This document shows positions 37,590-48,151 of a stretch of 64,000 bases of DNA, one piece after another. The DNA lies in the NCBI GenBank assembly GCA_048013815.1, contig CM106586.1, positions 3,844,001-3,908,000 on the forward strand. Direction: 5' to 3'. Below the pieces are notes generated by a model. It saw only the letters and a program-made list of their open reading frames with translations, had not been told where the DNA came from and did no database searches. Every line of letters starts with the position of its first letter. Within the stretch, counting starts at the first letter, position 1. This DNA comes from Setoptus koraiensis (Eukaryota > Animalia > Arthropoda). A program made the translations under genes and the position numbers.

Positions 37590-38252
37590 CACTACTTCGA
37601 ACTACTGTTTAACTTGAATGTAATCAAGTGAGGGTTCTTGTCGCCGATGAAAAGGTTCCACTCTAGATATAGATCGATTTCTTTTAGTTCCTTTATTCCA
37701 GCTATTCAGACATAAACAAGCAACAATCGAATATCGTCAATATTGAAGGCAAGACTCCCAATGATTCACTAACTCCGAGGCTACAAAATTTTCGGATTAT
37801 GTGACGTTTTTGCAAACTATAGATGGCGCAACGGGTTACCACGCCCATCTATTTTGATGTGTCAATCTGCTTGTTTATTCATTTCTCAGCATAACAGATG
37901 ATACATTAAATATACATATCATAGAATATTATTACTCTATTGAGAAAATGATAAGTTATTTATAGAAAATGCTCAAGAGTTAACTGGAGCAATCGGATTT
38001 AGCTGGACAACTTGGTTAAGAAACTGTTACTTACAATTCTCGAATATTAAGAGCGTCGCGAGAACTAACTTTGATTGCTACGATCACATATGGCCATATA
38101 TCAATATTTTCTCCCATATGCTAAGAATTGTATGCATACAGTTTGTAGTCCAGCCTAAATCAGATCGAATCATCGATAAGTTTCTGCCAATCCATTTATT
38201 TACTTAATTAGACTAGATCTGAGTCACATTATAGTCATAAATTATCGCCAGA

Positions 38253-40691
38253 ATGGACTCCTACTCATCAGATTCGAGTCACTCTACTTTCGCTAACACC
38301 GGCAATAGTTTCATATCAGGAACCTCAGCCTCTTTAGAGAGTTTCGTTTCATCGGGTGTCAATGAATTTAATACCAGTAGCGACTTGAAACAAATGTTAG
38401 AATCGAACAGAGATGATGTCAAATTGGAAGCAATGAAATGTATCACCACTATGACGGCAAAAGGCAAGATGACATTACCTAGAAGTCTATTTCCACATAT
38501 CGTCAAGAATGTTTCTTCAAAAAATGCTGAATTGAGGAAATTGGTCTACTTATATCTAACCAGCTTTGGCGACCAAGAGCCTGACATGGCCCTTCTATCT
38601 ATCGCCAGTATTCAAAAGTCTCTGAAGAATCCCAACCCCCTTGTTCGATCATCAGCTCTAAGAGTGCTCACTTCTATGAGGTTGAATATTTTATCAGTAA
38701 TACTTGTAGCAACAATTAAGAATGCTGTTAATGACTTATCGCCTTATGTTAAGAAGACAGTGGCTCACGCAATAGTTAAAATCTACAGGTTAGATCCAAA
38801 CCTGAAAGATGAGTTAGTGGAATATATTCAAAGGCTACTTAACGATAAGAATAGCATGGTTATAAGCTCGGCTGTTGTGGCCTTCGAAGTAGTGTGCCCT
38901 GAGAAGCTCGAGATGATACACAAGCATTATAGAAAATTTTGTTCATTGCTGGCTGACTGTAGCGAATGGGGTCAAGTGATACTGTTAAACTTACTTATGC
39001 GTTACGCGAGGGGGCAATTCTTGGATCCTAACTGTTCGCCAGATGCAACAGGAAGTGATGATATACTACCACTAGACCAGGATCACAGACTATTGTTGAG
39101 ATCTGCAAAACCATTGTTACAGTCTCATAATTCGGCAGTTGTTTTAGCTGTGGTACAATTGTATTTGACTGCGGCGCCTCACAATGAAATCCGATCAACT
39201 ATCGTACGACCGCTCATACGACTTTTACATTCACATAGAGAGATACAGTTGATCATATTGAGTCTTTTGGAAGATCTAACATCAAAGCAACCAGACTTAG
39301 ACCATGGAAAACAAGATAAATCAAAATCAAATGCTGATGTCGAACATCAAGACTCAACGAAAGATCAACTTTCTGAAATAGTTGTGTCGTCCCTATCTGA
39401 AAAAGATGAAGATAACGGCACCACCGATGGGAATAATCTACTCGAGTCTGCGGAAAACAATGACGATGATGGGGGTACCAGCGATGATGAAAAGGCAGTT
39501 AAGTTCTCTTATAAAGATATGTTCCAGCCTTATTTGAAATCTTTTTTCATCAAACCCACTGACTGTACTCTAGTGAGAATATTGAAATTGCGAATTCTTA
39601 CCAATCTCAGCTCGTCAGCAAACATATCCTTGGTTCTTCGCGAGTTGCAAGCATACATCGTGAATTATGTTGATGACGAAGATTTTATATCGGCCACCGT
39701 CCAAGCAATAGGAACATGTGCCTCAACAATAAAGGAAGTCGCTCCTGTGTGTTTGAATGGGCTCACCTCATTATTATCGAACAAAAACGAAATTATTGTT
39801 TCCGAGGCTATAGTTGTGTTGAGATCCCAGATAATAAACAAGGATGACAATGATACTACAGCATCAACAATCATTAAGCAAGTGACAAAATTGTTGCCCA
39901 ACATAACAACACCTCAAGCGAGAGCCACTATAGTATGGATACTTGGCGAATATTGCAATAAGAACGTAAGGGCGGCCAAATGTGCACCGAACGTTCTGAG
40001 ACAAGTAGCTAAGAGTTTTTGCAACGAAGATAGCATTGTCAAATTACAAGCACTAAATCTTGCCGCTAAACTACTTCTATCAATAGATAAAGAAGAAAAG
40101 AAAGACTTACATGAAAAGATAACTTTGTTGTCCAACTACATATTCAGTCTAGCAAAATATGACCTCAACTATGACGTTCGAGATCGTGGAAGGTTCCTTA
40201 AACAGTTGATATCCGATGAGAAACTGAGCCAGAGAATATTAGTTGATCAGTGTCAATTGAAAAAACACAATTCCATCTCGAGTGGTACATCTAAATCACG
40301 TTTATTTTTCGCTAATGGACAGACGTCATCAAAAAGCAATCGGGTAAACGACTTTACTCCGGGCACCCTCTCACATTTCGTTGACCATATGCTGCCAGGG
40401 TATCAACCTTTGCCAGAATATCCGACTGAACAGCCAGACACAACAGTGAGACTTACCACCATCGCGCAAAGCCAACTGGGTAGCAGCCTCATCACAAATG
40501 AGGACAACAAGAGTGGCACCGGTGCTAAGGTGTCTGGGGATGGTCGAATAGTTGATAATCATCAAATAGAGATCAGCTCTGAGAGCGAGGATGACGATGA
40601 AGATGAGAGTGAGTGCGAGTATGAGGAGGTAGACGAAGAGGAAGAAATTGAGGTTACCGATGAAGAGGAGAGTAACCCTCAAATCAAGTAA
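38253..40691 (+). CDS. AP3B: AP-3 complex subunit beta (ruby/AP3B-like), 812 aa, intronless, no ear domain
   Basis: DLKQMLESNRDDVKLEAMK, LFPHIVKNVSSKNAELRKLVYLYL, EWGQVILLNLLMRYARGQF, LDQDHRLLLR, YDLNYDVRDRGRF and GTLSHFVDHMLPGYQPLPEYP are AP3-beta trunk motifs. It ends after the acidic hinge. Confidence 0.93.
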   Translation: MDSYSSDSSHSTFANTGNSFISGTSASLESFVSSGVNEFNTSSDLKQMLESNRDDVKLEAMKCITTMTAKGKMTLPRSLFPHIVKNVSSKNAELRKLVYLYLTSFGDQEPDMALLSIASIQKSLKNPNPLVRSSALRVLTSMRLNILSVILVATIKNAVNDLSPYVKKTVAHAIVKIYRLDPNLKDELVEYIQRLLNDKNSMVISSAVVAFEVVCPEKLEMIHKHYRKFCSLLADCSEWGQVILLNLLMRYARGQFLDPNCSPDATGSDDILPLDQDHRLLLRSAKPLLQSHNSAVVLAVVQLYLTAAPHNEIRSTIVRPLIRLLHSHREIQLIILSLLEDLTSKQPDLDHGKQDKSKSNADVEHQDSTKDQLSEIVVSSLSEKDEDNGTTDGNNLLESAENNDDDGGTSDDEKAVKFSYKDMFQPYLKSFFIKPTDCTLVRILKLRILTNLSSSANISLVLRELQAYIVNYVDDEDFISATVQAIGTCASTIKEVAPVCLNGLTSLLSNKNEIIVSEAIVVLRSQIINKDDNDTTASTIIKQVTKLLPNITTPQARATIVWILGEYCNKNVRAAKCAPNVLRQVAKSFCNEDSIVKLQALNLAAKLLLSIDKEEKKDLHEKITLLSNYIFSLAKYDLNYDVRDRGRFLKQLISDEKLSQRILVDQCQLKKHNSISSGTSKSRLFFANGQTSSKSNRVNDFTPGTLSHFVDHMLPGYQPLPEYPTEQPDTTVRLTTIAQSQLGSSLITNEDNKSGTGAKVSGDGRIVDNHQIEISSESEDDDEDESECEYEEVDEEEEIEVTDEEESNPQIK

Positions 40692-41256
40692 TATAATAAT
40701 AATAATAATGATCTTGTAACAGATACAGTCCAAATAAATATCATGATCAAGTAGATTTGCCAATAGTATAAGCTGGTGTCGTTTTATTTTGAATTTACCC
40801 TGTTACCATAGTACGCACTCGTATCGCTAGTGCAGAAGATTTTTGTAGGACCGGCAACTGGATGATTTTCTTGAGAAGAAATTTTCGCAAATTTATTCGA
40901 AAAAATGCTGCAGAATGTGCATTACTTGACGCACTAAATAAGAAATTAATGGGAAAATGTAGTCATCGCCCTGTTCATTGCGATAGCACAGTGATGCCTA
41001 ATCTATGATGTTACAAAAACAATGTACTAAATATCTGACGGTTTATTGTTGCAATGTTATCCATACTTTTGGTTCGTGTGAAAACAACACGCGTTTCAGC
41101 AACGCGTGAGACCAAATACCTTTGTATGTGTTAGCGTTAACTATTCATTGCAGTAATTTTTGTTATTATTATTAAACACATCTATTGTTAGGCGCATTAT
41201 TGGCAAAATAATTTATGCCACCGAAAAACACCTGTAGACATAATTAACAAATTAAT

Positions 41257-41973
41257 ATGCACAACGTTGATCCGAATACTCGCGACCAAGAGGTACAAAT
41301 GGAGCGGATCGAGGAAGAAGATTACGATAGTAACAGTATTACCATAGATAGCAACGATTTAGTGTCTCCAACACCCATAGCGCAGCATCATCGCAGAACA
41401 CCCAATTTCAAACGTTGTCACATATGGGATCATTATTATCCAGGTGATCAGACTCCTAAGGGTAATCATAGGGCTGCAACTTGCAAATACTGTGGTCAAA
41501 ACTACAGAAGAGGCAAACCAGACCTACTTATTAATCATCTCAAGAATAGATGTCAGCATGCAGACAGAGAGGTTAAATTGCTTATAAGTAGCTATGACAC
41601 GAGTAGTCCTCGTAGAAGGCCATCAGGCAGCCAAGGGGAGGTTGCTGTTGCAGAGCCGCAGTTAAAAAACGGTAAGAAAAAATCCACCAAATTGGTTGCA
41701 AGTCCATTCACAGGAGGTTCAACAGGCGATCGCAAAGATTTCACGAATGCTAGCGCAAAAGAAGAAGAATACTGGAAGCTGAAGTATAACAACGAAAAGG
41801 AATATCATGAACTCAGAATGAAAATCCTCAAAAACGAACTTTCTCTGCTAGACGAGAAAAGAAACTCCATAGAGATGGCTCTGGCGAAAAAACTGGAGGT
41901 CGCCGATAAAGAGAAGGAATTCTATGAAGTTCGATTGAAAATGTTGGAGAAAGGAGTGAAATCAGATGAATGA
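41257..41973 (+). CDS. BED-type zinc finger protein with C-terminal coiled coil, 238 aa
   Basis: IWDHY...ATCKYCGQ...LLINHLKNRC fits a BED finger (W, CxxC, H...C). The C-terminal part is K/E-rich and helical, with no transposase catalytic domain. Confidence 0.75.
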   Translation: MHNVDPNTRDQEVQMERIEEEDYDSNSITIDSNDLVSPTPIAQHHRRTPNFKRCHIWDHYYPGDQTPKGNHRAATCKYCGQNYRRGKPDLLINHLKNRCQHADREVKLLISSYDTSSPRRRPSGSQGEVAVAEPQLKNGKKKSTKLVASPFTGGSTGDRKDFTNASAKEEEYWKLKYNNEKEYHELRMKILKNELSLLDEKRNSIEMALAKKLEVADKEKEFYEVRLKMLEKGVKSDE

Positions 41974-42143
41974 TAAAATACAAATTAATGATAAAATATC
42001 AATTAATAATGGAATAAAATCGATATTTGCGTAATATTTCATGATTTTAAAATTCAAGCTCATATATGTTATTGTCACGCATCGTTTAAAATTTGAATTC
42101 GTTCCATTTGCCATCCAGTTCTTCAGTTATCGGATTATTTAAA

Positions 42144-44717
42144 TTAAAGGTAATGCAATAAGTTGTCCAAATTAACATGAGGCAACGTGTGGAGACTTTC
42201 TCCAACCAAATAGGCTAACTTGTGGGCGTACTGGCATGGAGCTGGTACACGCACTGTACCGGTCCAGTTGAAATACAAATGGCACAATTTATAGGCTAGC
42301 ATCTGCTGGTGCATTGGCTTCAACCCGGTTGTATCCTCTATCACATTGTACATGGTGGGACAGACGGTTCCCTGGCGAGTCAATTGACTGACGAGGTAAA
42401 AGTCGTATCTTGCTTGTCGTGTTACTACCGAGTCCACGACAGTTCCAGGCGGAGGGTTTTGAGGTGGAGCATTGTCTCCACTGATCATGAAGAATTTTGT
42501 TCCAATACGTTTGGTTACTATGATAACAGAGAGTGTGATTTTGGCACCTTCATCACCCAACGAGCGCAATTTCTTTTTGATGGACTTAAGCTCGATGTTG
42601 AAAACGTGGTCCAATTGTCCCTCGCTGACAGCATCTCTGTAGAGGAATATTTTCGATGGTAAACACTTGTTGAGTGAACTCCATTTCTTCACAGCCTCAA
42701 GAAGATTGTTTGCCAAGTTGACTGATAGCTCTTCCAGCTTGTCGTGGTTGTCTGCTTTGGACCACCAGCGGGTCATGGAGTGATTCATTGAGGCACAAAA
42801 GGCGCCGACTGTACGACCACGAGTTGCGGTGTCATGATAGGCGTCGTAGCCACATACCATTGTTTGCTTGGCAGGAATCACTAATGTCCAAGGCTCACCT
42901 CCAATCTTACAGGCCATTTGTATGGCTATCTTTTGGCAGGCCGAGTTGGACTTTCGATCGTCGGACATCAATTTGGCGGTGAAACATTGAGATGGAATGC
43001 CACGCTCGACAGAAAGTACTTTCTTGATGGCATCATAACGTTCCTTGTTGGTATTAGGTAACAGGCACAGTGCAATTGTGGTAGTATCAGGCAGGTTACG
43101 ACAAGCAGATACATATGTTCCAACTCTATCGTCTGGTAGTCTAATGAGATCCACATTTTCAGGCTTGAGCTGTATGCCTATTTGATTCAGGCTGCGACCC
43201 ATCATCTGCTGTATAGGTGTTAATAATTCGGCGTTTGGCCTACTAATGAGGAAAGCCATTTTAGGCAAATTGGGCACTTCAAGTAACGATGCGCCTCTCA
43301 GTGTTTTATCGAAACTTCCGGGCGGGTCACATTTGGGCCATTTTGTAGGGTCTTGACCTTTCATGTTGCCCCAGCATACTGCTTCTGGTGCCATTTGTCT
43401 TCCTTCAACTTGCATGATGTCTTTTTCGTAGCTGTAGTTCCATCTGGTACATTCCTGTTTCACGAATTCGTTGCTATTAAGTTGGCCTAAAAATATCCTG
43501 AGATTTTTGGCCCTGTCTGCTGGGCTCACTTGCGAATGTTTAATCATATCCATTTTGAGCCGGTTGTCATTCCTTTGCTCAAGTGTTAATCCGGTTAAGT
43601 GACACAATTCTGGTACCAGATGTATTGTTCGTTCGCCAGATTGATCTTGTTCGATTTCTCGCTGTCTGCGCAAAGCATTATCAGGCTTGGCCACAACTAG
43701 TGGTTGCCTTTGGTCGTTGATAGGGGCATTGGGATAGGTTCGCCTGTAATATTCTATGTATGACTGTTCCACTCCTTCTCTATTGGTGAAAGTAGATTCT
43801 GGCCTGAGGTCAAATCTGAAATCTTCAACACGGTATGTTTTGTTGTTGTACTTGGTTATAACAGTACAACCAGTGAGCTCACTTCTTACGTTGGCCTGGA
43901 AATTTGTGGCGTCTCGTCGGAATATATTCTGCATCATTCTCAGCAGGGTCGTATCTTGAATTATTTTGTGAACTGAGTCCAAGTTCATGAGTATGCCCCC
44001 GTCATGTCTACTAGCGGCCGTTCGATAACCACCCACTATACTCATCTGGTGATTTCCGGGCAGTTGTGTGCTTAGTTCGTCGTGATAAAAGTCCCGTCGC
44101 AATTGGAAATAGCCCATTCTTCTGAGAAAGTTTCTCATGGCCGTGTTGTACATGCGTAACATCTCGAATGCGCCCCAATCAACTTTGCCAGTCTTCTTAA
44201 TGATAATGTTAACCTGACTCTGGTCGCTTGGATGAACGGCGGTCACTGTTGTGACGTCATTGGGCAACGAAGTGGACGATTTCAGATCTGAGGCACCGTC
44301 AAAGATAACTTTGCCCGAGAAGATGCTCTGTGTTGCCTCTCTCACCATTTGGCCTCTCAATCTGGTATTTTCTACATTTGGCTCAAAGTCTACTCTGTAC
44401 TGTTGAACTTCTGCGGCCGCTGGCAGGTTAATCTTGACGTAATTGGTTAAAAATTTAAGCGGTCTTCCCTGGGTTCCTTGCAGTTCTGTGATGCCGCCGG
44501 GAATTGTTCTTAGCTCGGTGTTTCTGTAGCCGCCGCGGCCTCTCACCAGTGTGCCGGCCTCGCCAGTGGCGCTGCCGGTGCCGCTGCCAGTGCCTGAGCC
44601 GCTACCACTTTCGCTGCTGCTTCCGTCGCCCTGTAGCCGGGGAGGGTTCAGTCGTGACTTTATGCCACCCTCTGGCACATCTTTCGGCGGAATTTCACCC
44701 CTGCCTCGTCCAGTCAT
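42144..44717 (-). CDS. piwi: PIWI-clade Argonaute (Piwi/Aubergine-like), 857 aa, intronless
   Basis: N-terminal GRGRG/RGRGG, GTQGRPLKFLTNY, PAZ (VITKYNNKTYRVED, HLVPELCHLTGLT), MID-PIWI (KIAIQMACKIGGEPW, VCGYDAYHD, YRDAVSEGQ, RVPAPCQYAHKLAYLVGE, LHYL*). Confidence 0.95.
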   Translation of the reverse strand: MTGRGRGEIPPKDVPEGGIKSRLNPPRLQGDGSSSESGSGSGTGSGTGSATGEAGTLVRGRGGYRNTELRTIPGGITELQGTQGRPLKFLTNYVKINLPAAAEVQQYRVDFEPNVENTRLRGQMVREATQSIFSGKVIFDGASDLKSSTSLPNDVTTVTAVHPSDQSQVNIIIKKTGKVDWGAFEMLRMYNTAMRNFLRRMGYFQLRRDFYHDELSTQLPGNHQMSIVGGYRTAASRHDGGILMNLDSVHKIIQDTTLLRMMQNIFRRDATNFQANVRSELTGCTVITKYNNKTYRVEDFRFDLRPESTFTNREGVEQSYIEYYRRTYPNAPINDQRQPLVVAKPDNALRRQREIEQDQSGERTIHLVPELCHLTGLTLEQRNDNRLKMDMIKHSQVSPADRAKNLRIFLGQLNSNEFVKQECTRWNYSYEKDIMQVEGRQMAPEAVCWGNMKGQDPTKWPKCDPPGSFDKTLRGASLLEVPNLPKMAFLISRPNAELLTPIQQMMGRSLNQIGIQLKPENVDLIRLPDDRVGTYVSACRNLPDTTTIALCLLPNTNKERYDAIKKVLSVERGIPSQCFTAKLMSDDRKSNSACQKIAIQMACKIGGEPWTLVIPAKQTMVCGYDAYHDTATRGRTVGAFCASMNHSMTRWWSKADNHDKLEELSVNLANNLLEAVKKWSSLNKCLPSKIFLYRDAVSEGQLDHVFNIELKSIKKKLRSLGDEGAKITLSVIIVTKRIGTKFFMISGDNAPPQNPPPGTVVDSVVTRQARYDFYLVSQLTRQGTVCPTMYNVIEDTTGLKPMHQQMLAYKLCHLYFNWTGTVRVPAPCQYAHKLAYLVGESLHTLPHVNLDNLLHYL

Positions 44718-47700
44718 TGTGGTTGTTATATAATGTTTTGATGTGTTGGTTTGTGTTTAAAGCAGCGGCTGGTAGTTTTGTCTTTGTCGTTGGTTTTGCC
44801 TAGGTCGTGGTTAGACGCGTCAGTCCGAGATCGAGTTCAATAATGATTTCAACAGTGTCCACAAGTTTCACTCACATGTAAACCTGTCTGCATTAGCATA
44901 GTTGTGCGCACGCGTGAACCGAGTACCCCCTGCATCACAGGCCTTGCCAATGCTAAATTTAGCGAGACAAAGACATGACAACACCGTTGTGTTATCAAGT
45001 GTCCGGACACAGGGGGCAAAAACTGATGCCTGCCCTCACATTTTATTTGCGGCAATTTGTGCGCGTGTTGCGCTTGCCACGCCCGTCCAACGAGCTGCTA
45101 ATTTCTGCAATTCCATTGACACTGTCAGCCGCATAGAATTAATGGCAAAAATGGCGGTTTGTGATGTGGCACGCACCATTGACGCGCGCAACAACAAGCA
45201 TGTTTGTTGATATGGTGAGTCAGCGTTAAATTGTGCATGCCTGTGCTGTGCACACAAACACTATTTAGCGTGAATAGCATTGACGCGCCACGAGCTCGAC
45301 CTGGTGGCCATTGTACTGCAACGATTGTAGACTGCAATGATTGTACACTGTACAATCATTGTAGTGGTCAGTGCGGATATCGATTTAATCACACGATTTT
45401 AATCACAATTGGCGTCCATCTTTGATACAATGACACGCAAGATTAATTTGCTTTGTGCCCGTATCATTTGAATGCGATTTTGATCTCACGCAAATAATGA
45501 TGTATAAGTTCAACTCAAAATGGCGGCCTCCCAGTGTCCGCCGTAGTGCTGAGATTGGGCAAAAGTTCAACGGGTTGTTGCTGTTGCCAGCAAATCGCCT
45601 GACCGCTCGTTACACCGACCGCTTGACCCATTGCCCATAGAATGCGTGTTGCTGGGGGCCACAGAACTAGCCTGGTGGCGGCCACTTGCACACTCACCGA
45701 TTTGCAAACACTAGCACTTGTTAGTGTTTGCTCTCTGACTCACTACCTGTGCCGGTCGCCCCGCCGGATACTGACCAATTTCGGACTGATCAAGCGCCAA
45801 GTTGAAATTGGTCAGTATTCGTTCCTTGCAAATTGGTGGCCAGTTGCAGTGTCGTGACTAGAAAACAAGCACCTGAACTCTTGTATCGGGCGCATTCTCG
45901 CTCGGCATTGGACCAAAATCTCGAAATTTCTAAATCTCCGCTACCAAACTGTCCAATGGCCAAAATCCTACTTACTCTTGACCATGATCTCGAGAGGCGC
46001 GTGCAGATAAATAGAAATCTCTGCGAGATGATTGAACGTGAAGTAGCGACTTGTGCACGAATTCTCACTGGGCTAAGATATTTTATATACATTTTGTGTT
46101 TGTTGGGCACGTGGCATCTACCCACCATTGGATATTATTATGATGAAGATAGCATGATTAAGACTATGGTACCAAAATGCCACTTTGGCACTCATCGCAC
46201 CATTATGATGCTGACCAGTGATTAAATGAATTCGGCATTCCATACATTCGAGGTTTTGCTTGTTTTACTGCATGCATGATGGCATTTCGAAATTCTCAGC
46301 CTCTCAAGGTTTTGGGCGTTCGGACTTGCGGAACTCGGAAATGTCGGATTTTTGAGATTCTCTCGATTGAACAGTCGGCTCTCTTCGATTGCCACCTAGC
46401 CGAGCTTCAGCGAAGCTCGTCAGTAATCAGGCTGTTGATCACAAGATCAACTGTTGATCAAAACCAAGAGGGCCTGTCACCAAATAGAGTGAAACAGAGT
46501 GAACGCATTTCTGCCATACCGACTGCTCGTCGGCTCGTCCTGACGGCATACACACATCGGCAATTAGTTGTTGATAGCTATCGATAACGGTATGCTCTGA
46601 CAGTATGTTCGTGTGACATCATTTTATATAAGATTTTACGATACATATAAAGCGGGTAGATATTTTCATTAATTGCGAGCGTAGCAGCATTAATTGAGCG
46701 AACGCGCGTGATCTAGCGGCATTCGTGTTTTGTTTGCATCTCTCTTCAATGATCTGTTGTTGTCGTCGCGTTAATTTATTATTATTATTATTATTTATTA
46801 TTGCCTTAAGGTCCCCTGATCGCGTTTGCAGTCATATGATGTTTTAAACTGTAAACAATTGCTTTTACAAGATACTCGCTGACAATACTCGCGAGTTTCA
46901 AGAGAAAGTAAGCCCAATATACATTCCCTCTCACAGTATTAGATATGCCCGCTCACTGCATTAGATATACCCCCCGACTGTATTAGATATGCCCCTTACT
47001 GTATTAGGCGGCTTACTATGTGGCCAGAACTTGTGATTTGTATGATCAACTGATCAATTTGTTGTTGTCAATGTGTCAAGGGATACATACAATAAAGAGA
47101 GACTTTGTTTGGATTGATCACACGGGAAATGAAATGGAACAATCAAGTCTTACCGTCACCATATATATATATTTATATCACAATATATGCGCTGCCATAA
47201 TTGCAACCACAACTATACGGATCCATGTGCCACGACGCGATATAAACAAGCACTCGAGAGATTTTTGCCCTAGTACACACAATAGAGTCTTTTGAATAGA
47301 GAGAGAGAGAGAAATATTTATAAGATCACCATTACCATTGTGTCTTGCCACTACTGCTGTTGCCAACCCTACTAGATTGCTACAACTATCTGGCGAGCCA
47401 ATCAGTAATGGTACAATAATAATGATGTGCCACCATTGCATCCGATGGTGCATCCAATCAACAGCCTGAAAGATGTTGATGTATCGGTGATGTATCGGTG
47501 ATATATTGGTGATATGCTGGCAATATGTCGCCGATCATATATTGGGTTTGGCTAGGGAAGTATCCCATGAAAACATGTTACGTGTTTGTGCGGAGATACT
47601 GTAACTAATTGATATCTGTGAGCCATCAGTAATGTGACTAGAGAGCTCAATGAATTTTTTAAACGTCATTTATTTACTGGGTAGACGTTAGTTGCGACAA

Positions 47701-48151
47701 AACAACGCTTATATACGCTCATCATGTATATAAGTGAACCATTTCTATAAGATCGCTCAATCGATACTTTTTGGTAAAATTTCTGTTCAATTAGCACCAC
47801 CTATTGTTAGTTCAAACGCAAATATTCCAGCAGAAAGCACTAATCAACAAATAGAAAAAATATCAAACATTGTTGGCCGCTATAAAAGAAGTCGACGTGA
47901 TCATAGGAAACCTTTTTTTGTCTTTTTCATCCCGACTAAGGGCTAATATGAGATTATATTTCAATCGATTGCACTGCACCATTGGCCGCCACAAACAATT
48001 ATAACAGATAACTAACCATTAATTAGTTAGAGAATTCAATCAAGCCAATTCAAGTACTCAAATTAGCTTACTTACTGTTTTTATATATTTTTTCATTGAA
48101 AGTTCAAAATTGCATGCACTATTTTGCATCTATTAAACCTGCCAGTATAGA

